From Psammoneis japonica (Eukaryota): 64,000 bases of DNA. The notes under the pieces were generated by a model. The model saw only the letters and a program-made list of their open reading frames with translations. It was not told where the DNA came from and searched no databases. The DNA lies in assembly GCA_008632985.1 (NCBI GenBank), contig QPGO01000240.1, positions 1 through 64,000 of the forward strand, in the 5' to 3' direction. Positions 24,965 through 37,788 of this stretch are shown one piece after another; positions within the stretch are counted from its first letter, which is position 1, and the number at the start of each line of letters is the position of its first letter. The position numbers were made by a program, and so were the translations under genes.

Positions 24965-25170
24965 CCCTTTCTCTCGCTCGCTCGCTCGCTGGCTCTCTAT
25001 CTCTCTACTGTACTTGCTAGCTCTAGAGAGTAGCAGCAGCTAAGTAGCAGCTAGCTAGAGAGTAGAGAGTAGTCAGTTACTTTATCTAGACCTAGTAGAG
25101 TGGTACCGGCAGCTAGAGAGTAGTGGCTGTTACAGAGGTACAAGCAGAAAGGATCGACTCTAGAGAGCAG
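24965..25170. repeat. Low-complexity CTAG/AGAG-rich simple repeat
   Basis: A (TCGC)n run followed by repeated ctagagag/tagcagc/agtagag units. Confidence 0.6.
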
Positions 25171-25249
25171 CTGAGGCATCGTCTTCTGTCGATCGCATCG
25201 CATTGGCGACCAAGACTTGCTGTCCTGTCGCATGTGCATGCACCTAGAG

Positions 25250-26570
25250 AAGCTCTCTGTCATCTCGTCAACCAGATCCACTTGACCAAATGACCCCCCT
25301 CCTTTCCAAGTCCATCCACAGTCACGGGCAAAATTGTGAAATCAGTCAGACGAAGTGGCGCTGACAAGGATTTGGCTGCCGCAGACGATGACGCGAATTC
25401 AAAAGTCCGAAAGGAGCGAAATGACAATGGGACAGCAAAACAGGGCAAAAACGAGGAAAGAAGCAAAGAGAGTGTGGAGATGGATGTCGGGAGAACAAAA
25501 CACACATGTGCGCAGGTTGATGAGAAACGATTTCATCATGTTTGGGCAGGCTTTGCCATCACAGCTAGAAAGAAGCAACAGCGATTGAAACTTGAAACTC
25601 AATTAGCATCGCACGTGCTTAAAATGAGTGGCAGCAGTGGTGCCAGCTGCAAAGAGCAAGATGAGAAATGCTTCCATGCCCGTCATGTTGCACTCACAAG
25701 ACCAGACTCGGAAGGCGATTGTGTGCCCCAGTTGGATGATTCAGACGCCGAATCATCAGAGTCTTCACCGGTTCCTGAAACAAAAGCTTCGTTGTCAGCA
25801 TGTGCACCAAACGCTGACAAGTGTCATGATGTTGCATTGTTCATCACATTTGACTTGCCACCAACCTTCCAAATGCCCAGCTGCGGAGTTCCGTGCCAGA
25901 CACATTCAGGCTTCAACAAATGAGGGAGCATGCCCCTCACCCACATCAGCATGGACTGCTGAGGACCAATGCATGCCCAGGACATGGATTTGAGTGTGCA
26001 GTTGAACAAGATCACACCCTTGTGCATCAGAATGCTGGTGTGAATCGCGGGAGCCTGCTCATTGTGAAGCTGTTCGAGTTGCGCATCCGTTGCCCCTGTG
26101 CAGTTCTTGAGGTGCCCATCAATCGAATGCGTTCCCTTGTTGTCGCGCATGTCAAAGACTTCAGCCAACTCATCGAGTTTGACCACATCCACAGGCAATC
26201 TGATGTGCACATGGACGAGAGTCAAGAGATGCTCAGCCTTGAGCCTGAGCTTCTTGAGAGACACCTCATCATGTGCCAAGTCGGCAAGCAGGCGTTCCTC
26301 AAAGAGAGGATCTTGTGCTTCCACCTTGGCGTGCTCAAGGTCAGCGGCCATGACGGAGTGGTGCAGACGGTGTGTCTCTTCAAATTCCTTGTCATTGTGA
26401 CTGACAATCAAAGGTTGACCTGATTGAATTCTGGGAGTCATCAATGCCACTTTGCAGCAGCGTGAACCCTTGCCGATGTCTTCCTTCTTGCGCAGGATGG
26501 TGGTCGAAAGGCCAAGGTGCTGAAAGAGCACCAGAAGAAACTCGACACACTCGTGGTTGTCCCAAAACTT
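25250..26570 (-). pseudogene. TpA-depleted block containing a degraded coding sequence of unknown family
   Basis: No TpA seen from about 25625 to 26570. Minus-strand ORF 25824..26531 reads protein-like (DPLFEERLLADLAHDEVSLKKLRLKAEHLL) but has no Tyr and an excess of His. CpG is largely retained. Confidence 0.6.
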
Positions 26571-26890
26571 TAAGTTCTAGCAGCCCATGGTAGTACGGAG
26601 TTGCAATGACAACAAACAACAACTGCTCCCGACATCTTGTGAGCCGTCTTTGGTCATGAAAAGCATCCTTGCCACTGTGTTGGTTTTGACGACCTCAGAT
26701 CTCGCGAACCAATTTCCACCAACTTTAGGCGGTGTTGCTTTTCGGGCTGGCGAGAAACCTGGCCTGAAGATCTTGGCATCGTTCCCTGTTACATGCCAAG
26801 AAATTTCAATTAACACAAGTCCTATCGTTGTCAATTAGATGCGCTCCACTACTAAAATTACCAAATAACATACCCCCATTCCACCGCTCT

Positions 26891-27883
26891 CTAAACTCCC
26901 ACGGCACCTTCGGGTTCACTGGTGCGCGCCTTTTTCTTTGGCGTCGCCGGCGGAGGAGCCGACGGAAGCGCCTGAAAGAGATCCCTCTTTCGCTTTTTGA
27001 GTTCATCCGCAGAAATCACCCCTTCGAAATCTTTCAAAAGATCCAAGTGCTCCCGCACCTCCTTCAAAAGCCGACGGCGCTCTTCGTTGGCGGCACTCTC
27101 GGTTGCCGCGGGAGGATTGACAATGTCTTCCAACTCGGCTTCGTTAATGTCGGGATCCGCCCTGGGAGCTACTGCTACAGCTGCTGCTGATGTCGTTGTC
27201 GCACCTCCCTGGTTTACCACCAAGAATGTAGAGTCCTTGCCCTTTTGAGGGCGTTCACTCGGGACAATGATTTGCTTGGGAGGCTTGGGAGCGGGAAGAG
27301 TGGGATCCAACTCCTCACCGCGGTAATACATGCGATACGTCATGAACACATTGTTGTGACTGTGTTCCCAATGACGGGGATGATTCCTGCCCTTGGTTCC
27401 CGACACGAGTTCCTAAAGAGAAGACAAAACGTCACACCACGTTAGATTCCAGAAACTTGAACGACTCATCTACAATCCTATTCATTGAAAACTCACAAAC
27501 TGACTCTGAATAAATTCCTCACAGGCATCGTCAAAAGAACGACCCTCCAGAAAGGGCTTGATCTTGAGCACAAGCTTCTCGAGCTCACGAGAAATGAGCT
27601 TCATACGCTTCCACGCCGTGTCTGAGTTGAGAGCCTCCCGACTCGTGGCGGTACGCCACATGACTTCCCCCTTGGTCTGATCCGACAGAGGAAGACCCTG
27701 AACCAAGTAGTTGGCCATGTCGTAGAGAGCAATCTTGCGTTGAAAGATCCTCAACCCGGGAAGACGATCGGCCAAGCAGCGCTTGGCTTCGTACAGCACC
27801 GCCGTCTGAACCGAGCGACGCATGCAAACGTCATACCCGTCCGGGCCCACGACGGCGCTTAGCCTCTCTGAAAAGGTTGCCAT
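26891..27883 (-). CDS. Hypothetical protein, 2 exons, with a C-terminal SHOCT-like helical motif
   Basis: ATG at 27883. GT-AG intron 27496..27413 joins IQSQF to ELVSGTKG. C-terminal EVREHLDLLKDFEGVISADELKKRKRDL. Confidence 0.75.
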
Positions 27884-28418
27884 TGTGTGCCTGTGTAGAA
27901 CTTACGACTCTAGAACCGCGGTAGAAGACGACGAGAGAAGCAACGAAAAAGGTTTCAGATTGAAGAATAGCACATTTCAGCGTTCGCACGTCATTCAGCG
28001 ATCGTCAGAGAGGGACTGTAGCAACGCATCAAAGCCCCTCTCTCTCTCATCAAGGCGTCATGTTGTGTCTCACTTATTAGCGGCGGGAACCACAAGTCAA
28101 AAATAGGATACGAAACAAAACATGCCATTTCCCATTTTCGTTCTTACCTTTTTTCGATCGTTTTCTTGTGTGTGTCAACGAAAAACGATCAGAAGCCACG
28201 TGCGTTTTGCACGAAGAACACGAAAAAAAAGGAATGAAATTGCTCGCGCCGGCATGGCTACGTAGGATTGAGTAGATTTATTATTGGAGCGAACTCCAAT
28301 GAGAACTCTGATGGATTTCGAAAATTTTCCATCCATTTTTTGCATCCAACCCAAAAGATCCAGTCACAATAAGAGTTCAAAGTTGGAAGTCACAAGATCG
28401 GCGAGCAATAAATTGACA

Positions 28419-29479
28419 ATGGCACGTCGGTCCTCAATGAGCGCTCCTGTCCTTTCCAAGCTAGTGGATTGTTTCTTCTTGTTGTTGATTTTCCTTTGCT
28501 CTGCGTTGGACGAGAAGGAGCGTTTGGCAGAATACCACAAACGAAATTACACATGGCCCCTGACCAAAGTGGTTCCCAACACACCCGGTTGGCGTGACCT
28601 CATGTTTCGTCGACTGTCTCAGGTTTCACGAGTTGTAGACAGTCGAGATCGGTACAATGGTTGGATGACGGCATTGAGTTCCGCGGTTGTAGCTCCCAAC
28701 TTTACAGAACATGGATGGGGTTTGACTCGAGCTCCGAGTGAGCTTGTGGATGAACTAAAGGAGAGCTTGCATCAGGGATGGCGACAGCGAAACCGGAACA
28801 TTACATTAATGTTATTGAAGGAAATGAAGATGAGCGACCACTCTTTATCAACCAAGCAGCACTCAATAGCAAGGTGCTGCGCGAACTCAAGCCGATGCAT
28901 GAATCATGGTCCGGACAATCGCTTCAGGGTGCTGTCGCGTATGGATTGCGCGTGTACCAAAACAACTCGATCCTCAACATGCACGTGGATCGCATGGCCA
29001 CTCATGTCATTTCGTGTATCCTTCATGTCGATCATTCGGAAGACTCGGAGCCTTGGCCCATTTTGATTGAAGACTATCAAGGTAATACCAATGAAGTTTT
29101 GCTCCAGAGTGGCGACATGTTATTTTACGAATCGTCCAAATGTCTTCATGGGAGACCACGTCGGTTCAACGGAAGTTGGTACTCGTCCATTTTTGTGCAC
29201 TACTTTCCCACTGGGTGGGGAGACAAGGATTGGGATAAAGAAGTACACTATGCTGTTCCGCCTCACTGGATCACAATTGGACGCAAAGATCCAAATGTGG
29301 AGGAGCTAGTCATGGCGGGCACGTCCATGAAGGAACCCGATTGTCCAGACAATTGGTGTGCAAGTCAGAATACCATCAAGTGGTTTGGACCGGCCAAAGA
29401 GGGTGAGGTTATTAGTACAGGGTACAAGATCGATGTCGCCAAACTAGAGAACGAGAATGAGAGAAAGGATGAACTTTGA
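28419..29479 (+). CDS. ER-resident 2OG-Fe(II) oxygenase-like protein (apparent -1 frameshift near 28776)
   Basis: N-terminal signal/anchor. GLRVY..MHVD..HVISCILHV..GDMLFYES..HGRP gives an HxD...H triad. Ends in KDEL. Confidence 0.8.
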
Positions 29480-29746
29480 TGCTTACTTGTTGAGATCAAG
29501 ACACACAATGATTTTTGATGATTCATTTCACCACAACTGACATGTAGTACTGGGTACTGGACGTTGTCGTGGGCGATGGTTCGTATGCCACGGTAGTCAA
29601 CAGTCCAACCTCCCCTGGCAAGAACCTCTTAAGCACACGGATGTCATTACCACCAGTTTGCCGTGGATAATAAATGAAAAAGAAAAGAAAAGAGCAAATG
29701 TTGACAAGCTAGAGAAATGTTCGAATGATGGGAGCAACACTACAAT

Positions 29747-30202
29747 GTGGAGAAGAATATTCATTCACAGGATGCATGGAAGGACACGTCCCGCGCAATG
29801 GCGACCTGCGTTGTTGCTATTTTACTTGGTCATTATTACTTTGGCAAGGCGTACCAGTCGATTAGGGCACGTAGAGATGTCTTTGTGCTAGAGGAACGGC
29901 ACGCCGAACTACAGCGGGCGATTGATCGATGCCGTGTGGACGGGAAGCAGAATATATACGAGTTCAGAATTCGAGCTGTTGGTTTCATGCTAAGGCAAGA
30001 AGAGGACGTATTGATATCAAGTTCCGAGACGGGGACGAAAGAATTTCAACATTCTACGGATACCTCTCTAGCTAGAGAGAGAGTATTTATTACGAATGCT
30101 TGGGATGCATCCGATTTGGATCAATCACCCATCATTGATCTCGTAACTTACCGGGGGCATGGACAGGCAGTCGTGAGCGACTCGTCCGATTCGAATCCCT
30201 AG
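29747..30202 (+). CDS. Hypothetical single-TM protein or gene fragment; start uncertain
   Basis: 151-codon frame with one hydrophobic segment (AMATCVVAILLGHYYFG). In-frame stop just upstream at 29726. Confidence 0.35.
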   Translation: MEKNIHSQDAWKDTSRAMATCVVAILLGHYYFGKAYQSIRARRDVFVLEERHAELQRAIDRCRVDGKQNIYEFRIRAVGFMLRQEEDVLISSSETGTKEFQHSTDTSLARERVFITNAWDASDLDQSPIIDLVTYRGHGQAVVSDSSDSNP

Positions 30203-30543
30203 TATGAAACGCCGTACATTTCTACGACTTGCGAAAGCGGCACGACACGGCGCCGCATCATCCAGCATGCCGGATCGCTCACACACTTTCCAACTTTCAC
30301 TCCGATCCGATGGAACAATCGACGCCGAGGGCGGCGGTATTCGTCAACAACGTTCCGTTCCTTGTATCCCCCCCCCTTCCGCACGACCTTCTTTCTGTCT
30401 TGCTGAAGCAACAGCGATTTATCTAGCTAGCTAGAGGTGCACGCGCGCCGTTTGTTTTGCTTTCGTTCTTCGGGCCGGCGGCATTGGTGGAAGCACAACT
30501 TCCAAATAGAATCATCATTGTACAACGAGCTACATTGAAAACC

Positions 30544-31951
30544 ATGCAGCGATACGAATTGAAGGAGACTCTTGGAAGCGGCAACTTTGGCACCGTCTTT
30601 CGTGCGACAAACAAGACGAACGGGCAGGAGGTGAGTTCGTTTGCTGGTTTCGTACGCCGAGTGATGGAAGGTGTGTGAACTCGACTTTGATGCAAGCTCG
30701 TTGACTCGTCCTGCATTGGAGATATGATTCATCGCAGCAAATCACTCTGTCATTCGTGACGCCGTAGATGGAGAACGCATCAACGTTGCTTGTCTCCGCG
30801 ACGTTTGGCGGGAAGTTTCGGCTGGTACTGCGACACGTAGAAATCCGCGTAGCGAACAATCTGAACTAACAATGGTCTTCACCCTCGTTATACCGGTAGG
30901 TTGCAATCAAGCGGATGAAAGCAGACTACATGAGTTGGAGAGAATGCGTGAATTGTCGCGAGCTCCGTGCGCTCCAGGTGAGTAACGCATTCTTGAAGCA
31001 ATGACTTCATGACCATGGCTGAATGACGATGAGCCCGTAACTCAATCTCTTTTTGATTAAAAGGGGTGCGCTAACTCCCCGCACATCGTACGGCTCTTTG
31101 AAGTAATTAGAGAACCCGATGACACGCTTTCCTTAATCTTCGAATATATGAGAGGAGGCAGCTTGCTCGATTTCATCGAGGAATGCCGAAGGCAGATGTT
31201 GCTTGTGCGGCAATCGAACAATCACCTCTTGCCGCACCCACTGAAGGACTTCAAAATCAGGTCAATCTGCAAGCAGGTGCTCCTTGGCTTATCCTCTTTG
31301 CACGAAAAGGGCATCATTCATCGCGATCTCAAACCAGAAAATATTCTGATGGATGGAGATGTCTGCAAAGTTGGTGACTTGGGTTTAGCGCGCAATGCCT
31401 ATTGCCCGGACCGAACCGAATATATCAGTACGAGGTGGTATCGCGCACCAGAAATTCTTCTCAAACTCCCAAATTACAACATGCCGGCCGATATGTATGC
31501 GCTTGGGTGCGTCATGGCTGAAATATACAATTTGAGACCTCTCTTTCCCGGTGAATCCGAAATCGATCAGCTACACCGGATTCTTTCTGTCCAGGGTGCC
31601 GAAGCACTAAACCAATGGCCAGAAGGTGTCAAGGCGATGACAATGGATGTCAGTTTTGATCGGGCGTATGAACACGCCGGCAGGTCAGTCCCGGTGAAGA
31701 CGTTGGTGCCTCGTGCCCCAGATGCCGCGGTGTCGTTGTTGAAGGATCTGTTGCAACTGGATCCAAGTTTGCGCCCAAGTGCCGCTGATGCGTTGCAGCA
31801 CCAGTACTTTCTCGGGGGCGATGGACGGCGCAACTCAATGTCGCCGATGCAAACGAGTCTGGCAGAATTCCCTCCTCAGCCCGTTAGCATCTCACCTAAT
31901 CACAAGAATGCTTCTGTGGGTGTTCGAAAGGCGTTGCTACTTCGTAGCTAA
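30544..31951 (+). CDS. CMGC Ser/Thr kinase of the MAK/ICK (RCK) type, 3 exons
   Basis: Exons 30544-30630, 30900-30977 and 31064-31951 with GT-AG introns, frame consistent. Motifs LGSGNFGTV, VAIKRMK, HRDLKPEN, DLG, TEYISTRWYRAPE, LFPGESEIDQL. Confidence 0.9.
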
Positions 31952-32086
31952 CGTGGTTGGAGGAACGCCGTCCCAGTAATGTGCAGACTCGGAATGATAT
32001 CATCGATTTGAAGATGGTGTGTATACCACAAATAGAACGATGGTCGCCGGACGCCGGCGCTGTAGCTTCTCTGATTTATTTCAACA

Positions 32087-35000
32087 TTAGTAGTACATCA
32101 TGTCGTCCTTCGAGACGGAGCTGAGGTATGTACTCATGCTCTGACAACGAAGGAGGGTCTCCAGGATCAAATCAAAATCATCAAGACTTAGAGCTAGACT
32201 TTCTCCATCATTTTTGGCCGAATCACGGTTCTGGATGTTTTCCATGTCGCCTAACTCCTCCAGCTCAAATAATGGTTGGAAACGCCCTTCGGCGCGAAGA
32301 TTCTTAATGTGGAAGAATCGATCTTCGTCGAACAACACAGTGCACTCTGATTCCGACGTCGCTTCGACCTGCTTTTCTTCAACCCAGTAGCAACAAGATG
32401 GCATCCCTACAAAACAATCATACATTTCGATGAATATCTTAGTCGTTGCCAGCAGCAGCACGGACTTAAACGACCCACTGGAATAAGCTATACGTACCTA
32501 CGACGAGTTCGGAGAGAAAACTATGGCATGTCCTCTGCAAAATACCGAAGGAGGTTTCTTCGCTCGTCTGAGAATCTTGCTCTCCGGATAAAGAATCCAA
32601 CGCGCTATCACTACACCATGCCTGTGATTGCAATCGCGTGCCAAAAAGCACACCTAGCGCTTGAGCCAAGTATAGAACTTGTGATCTCAGGGCCCTAGCT
32701 GTGACAGCTTCGTTTTCAGTTCCTCGAAGCAGACCTTCATCATACGTGAATTTCGGGGCAAGAATCACACGACCAACGTCCAGATCGACAAGCGTTACGT
32801 CATCGGGAAGAGAATTCAATAGGTCCATGCTGCCAGGATCGTCAGAAGGAATTCCAATAATATAGGGAGCGGGATATCCCACCAAATCTGTAGCAAGACC
32901 CGCAGGCACAAGTGGAACAAGCAGATGCGACCACTTGAGTGGTTTAAGAAGCGCCGTTATGGCAGTTGTAGCTGCAGCTAGAAGACTTCGCCTACTGGAT
33001 GACAGAACCACCTTTTGTTCAAGCAAAACAGTAACAAACAGCAGCGCCAGCGGAATAGGAGGTAAGCTCTGAGTAAGCTGAATGCCAGCTGTTTCGCAAT
33101 ACATCTCTGCTTGTCTAGTCAGCGGCGAATCTATCCAGCGAGCAGCAGCTCCCCTCAGGTACGGTTCAAGGACGCATTTCAACGTTACGCCTTCGACATC
33201 TTTGTGCGAGAAATTCCCAAGGAGATTCACCAGGGGACCGCAGCGAAGAGGCCGAGATGATTGATCCGCTTCAGATTGGGTAGCTGGAGTCTTTGAAAAG
33301 TCCAAGAGAAGCCTGCTCAATGTGTCTCGCATTGCCAAAAGAGAATTTTTGTCGCTGACAAGAGCGATTCCAACCAATACTCGGCCTGCTTTTGCTGTAG
33401 AAGACCGATAGTCCACAACGCGTTCTAGCCACGACCGCTCTCTCAGCCTCCGATTGAACTTTGTGATATTCTCGTTAACGTCAAACTGAAGGGCGGTGTC
33501 CGAAGGCTTCACGTCACTGGGTGACTCTTCATGCGCGGCTTTCTCCCTGTAAATGAGTTCAATAGGAACCCTCTCGGCGGTCGATGCTCTTACAGCCTCG
33601 TCAGTCTTCTGGAACACGAGGGACACACCGAAAAGCGAGCCATCCTCACCTCCCTCAGAAGAGGCATCTGCGCATGGTATCATGAAATCAATCAAGGAAA
33701 CCTCCCAGCCGTCAGCACTTACTCTCTGGCTGTCAGCGGCTAGTGAGAAAGGCCGCTTTCTCAGGGGAGGGACAACTGCATAGCTTTCAAGCGTAGGCGG
33801 TATGGCCTTTTCCCTGAGAATGTTTCCAGTTGCCGTCGAATGGCAGACATAGCGCCGCACATCATCTTCTGCGAAGGTTGGATTAGGGATCTGACCCACG
33901 ACGTTCAGTCCATCATCAGTTCCAAACACAATGGCGTGATGCGCGTTAACACCCGACAAATCTTTGCTGATAGGAGCAGTTGAACTGTCTCTTTCAGATG
34001 AGGGTCCAACACGGCGAAGCGGTTTGTGGGAGGAAACACCGACTGGAAAGTCTACCCGTCTCAAGAATCGTCGAATGCAACCGTTTGCGATCCCTGGTAA
34101 AGCACTATCTGACTCGTCTACAGAGTCGGTTGAAAACACTTTGTTCACTTCATTGCACACCCATTCATGGTATTTGTGCTCCTTGAATTTTGGATAAGCG
34201 TTCACAGCGTAATCATAAAGTAGTTCCTCCGAAAGACGATTCAATGCATCGATCATGGCATCATCCGTCAGAGAACCGGCAGCGAGACGACCGAAGTCTT
34301 GTTTACCTTCCACGTCCTTTTCGCAATCCACTACCTTTTGTATCAATTCTCGCATGTTGTTCAGCGCATCGCCAGTTTCACTTGAACTTGAAAAATACTC
34401 CAGAGCACCACCACTAGGAGCCACGAAAGCCTCCCACAAATGATTAAAGGTCTTGAGAAGATCTCTAACGTGACAACTATCACTTCCCTGTAATGCCCCT
34501 TCCTTGCTTGCAAGGAAAGTCGCTTTCACGTCTTTGATACATTTCATCACATTACGTTGAATATACAAGGCGCAAGTTATACCCCCAGCTAGTCCCAGCA
34601 CACGGGTGTCGCTGGCGCCTACCCTAAGGTCATCATTCTCAGTGCCGATTTCACTTTCAGTCAGGCAAAGCGCATGAACCACCATGTACAAGAAATGATT
34701 TTGAGCCGCTGCTTTTGCTTGAAGAGCCTCGTTCTCAGTCGCATCGCTTGCAATAGCATCAAAGATGTCACGCAAAGGAACATTTCTAAACGGGGCTGTG
34801 TTGCGGAGGTAAGCTCTCATACGAGCGCACTCGTTAGACACAAGAAACGAAACAAAGTTTGGACCTGCAAGCGAATCTAAGGTAGCCTCTTGAAAATGGA
34901 CAAAGAGATCCTTGGAGATGGACTGGTTCGTGTCCTTCAGCGCGTCCTCTAGCTGGCGAAGGTTTGCGTCTGGGACAATGTGATGAAAGTCAAACATAGG

Positions 35001-37374
35001 GGGCTCGAGCTGACCTCCTATCGAGGAGGGTAGGAAGAACTTGTAAGCGATGCGTCTGGCGATATCTCTGCGTCTCGACATGGGAGTGACTGCATACAAG
35101 TCGACATACGAAAGCAGTTCAAGAAACAGCATAAGCTGCCGGCTTGCCAACGTCTGCTGGGAAGCATCGTTCTCTGTCGAGGGTTCTGTGTCATAAAAGT
35201 CCTCAGATGAGAAATGAGCAGCAAGGAAAGGAAGCCGCCGGCCATCCAAAGCGCACGTCAGAAACGCACTTCTAAGTGAAGCACGAAAGTTTTCGTCACT
35301 CACAGCTGCATGCATCATCATTGACACAATGAATTTGTCATTGCAGCTTAAACACGGAGGACGAAGGTATGACGTGAGATTTTCGTGTTGCGACAACAAA
35401 CATATGATGCCTAATCATTTTGGCTTACCGCTTCGCAAGGTGAGGCTTCAGGGACTGTTTGACTGGCTCTGGGGGAATGGGGACTTGAGTTGTGTTGAAG
35501 TCGAGAAACGACCGCATCGGAACTTCAACATTTTGCATCTCCTCTGTCGTTGATTCTGCTTCGCTTGGAGACGCCTGTTTTTCGGAATCTTCATCGCCAT
35601 CTTTTATCTCGCCCACTTCAGAAACGACTGGCAACTCCGAGTTAGGAGCATCTTCGTTGGATTTGAGCTTTTTGGGATCGTCAACGCAAGCATCTCCGTT
35701 GGCGCCTAATTGATCATCGGGTCCCGTCGTTTGCGCTGCTGTCTCTCTTTCTTGGGATCTGTCATCGCCTTCATCTTGTTCCGCAGTAATGTCAGCCGCG
35801 CCTTCCTCGTTTGACGACAGCTCTTGTACTTCTTTATCAACTCCCTCCTTGATAGATTCGGTATTCTTGGTTGGTAACTCCTCAGCACGACCATTTTTAC
35901 CTTCAACACCATTCTCAAGAGATTTATTTTTCAGCATTGCTTCCGTGTCACTTACAAGGAGAGGCATGGAAGCAATATTTCGCTGCGTCTCTTCTTCACG
36001 AATCTTATGCATCATTGCAACGGCAACATCAACATAGTCGACGCGATCCAACCCTTTCTCCATTCCGGTGCTAAAGATCAAAACCACTGGCCGTCTCGCC
36101 TTGGCAATCGTTTGCGGCACATCATGAATCGTCCCACGTTGAACGTCGGTCTCTCCTACTTTCACCAATACGTCGCCTACAAACACCACTCCAGCCGACT
36201 CCGCGGCACCACCCTCTAGGAAGTAGTCCATATACACACCATTGTGCCTGAGATAGGTTTGTTTGAGATTGACTCCCAACATGCCGCTTCCCAAAAGCAT
36301 GACGTATTCATGAGGAGCCAAAGAATCTAGAATGGACTGCATGTGCGCCGCCGCACGACTCTTGAGGATGAGAGAAGTTTGGGACTCCACGATATTTCCC
36401 GCTGAGCCTCCCTTTCGTTTCGGTGTCGTGGGTGTCTTTGGCTCGGCGCCGGCGGCGTAGCGACCTCGAAAGCCCGAAGCAACCGAATCCACAATTCCCG
36501 TAGCCGCTTCTTGGACAGAAAACGCTGTATCCATGACACGCTGCTGTCGTTCTGCCGCAGTTTCCACCTTATTGGAATTCTCTGCACTCTTGCGTGAGGA
36601 GTTTGTGTCGTCTCGTTTGCTGTTGCCAGAAGTGTCGTTGGTGACACTCGAATCACTCACACTGGCTGATCCTTCCTCTTCAAAGCTACTGCTGCTCCCG
36701 TTGGAACTCTGGCTCAAATCATCATCATCCTTGATGGCATCTTGTGTTTCGTCCTTTTCTGTTGCAGTCTTGTGGTTGGATCCGACTTGAAACCGACTTC
36801 TCCACGTGGGTGAAGCAATGACGGACTGGCTAATAGTTTCGTTTGTCTTTTTTCTCCACGAAGAGAATCGATTCATCAATATTTGAGCGCCCTTGCTAGT
36901 CGGTTCTGGAGATTTTGGTGGTGGTTGATCTTGGTCATTATCAGCCTCCAAAGAAGAAACATCATCATCGTGATTTGCCTTTCCCTCTTTGTTTTCATCT
37001 AGAGACTGATTCTGATCAATTGCATCAGCCTGTTCCTCTCCGGGTGCGGTCTGATTCTGATCAATAACATCCTCCTCAGCTGGTTCAACACCCGCTAAAG
37101 CCTCATTTGACTCGAGTTCCTGTGTAGCTGGAGACTGCTGAGGGGATATTGCGGGAGTGGATACCGCGTTCGATTCAGCTGGTTGCTCTTCAACAATCGG
37201 AGGAACTTCTTTCGGATCGTCGGCTTTTTCGGCAATGGCATCAATCTCAGTCTTCCCGTCTACACCTGTAAGTTTGCTTTCTGTTCCATCAATTAAGTTA
37301 TCACTTGCGGCAGAAGCATTATGAACGGCAGAGGCTTTCGGAAGCTCGTCAGTTTCGTCAGGTGCCGTCGCCAT
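32087..37374 (-). CDS. PDZ + RGS-like + DENN domain protein (putative Rab GEF), 3 exons
   Basis: Introns 35428..35347 and 32497..32407. PDZ: GMLGVNL..GGAAESAGVVFVGDVLVKV. RGS-like: LMLFLEL..ARRIAYKFFL..FVSFLVS. DENN: LLEQKVVLSS..LLKPLKWSHLLVPLVP..PAPYIIGI..LVDLD, followed by a dDENN-like tail. Confidence 0.8.
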
Positions 37375-37788
37375 TGTCGCCCTTTTTTTGGTTTGGCTGC
37401 TCGCTGATTTCTTTGTTTTCGACAAGACAGACAAATCGATACTGAAAAAGCGTTAGAGACGGAAACACTTGGAGATCATGCATCAGACAGCACAGCGGGT
37501 CTCGTGCGTGCGTGGTGCGTGAGCGCGCGTCTGTGCCTCCCCGCCCCGGCGTCGGTCTCCAGAGTGCAGTGTCCCTCGATCGAAAAACTTCAAACTAGTC
37601 TACTAGACTCGAGCTGCGGTAGCCTAAACTGTCGTCTACAGTATGTTAATAACGCGGCAGTGCAGCAGCTAAGCATCAGTGTGGTCGGGGTAATGTAGCG
37701 ACAAAGAGGGACACAGGCTTTGATGCCACAACTTTTTGGAGAAAAATCGATGAGCTCGGCGAAATAACTAACACATATCATGTGGGAC

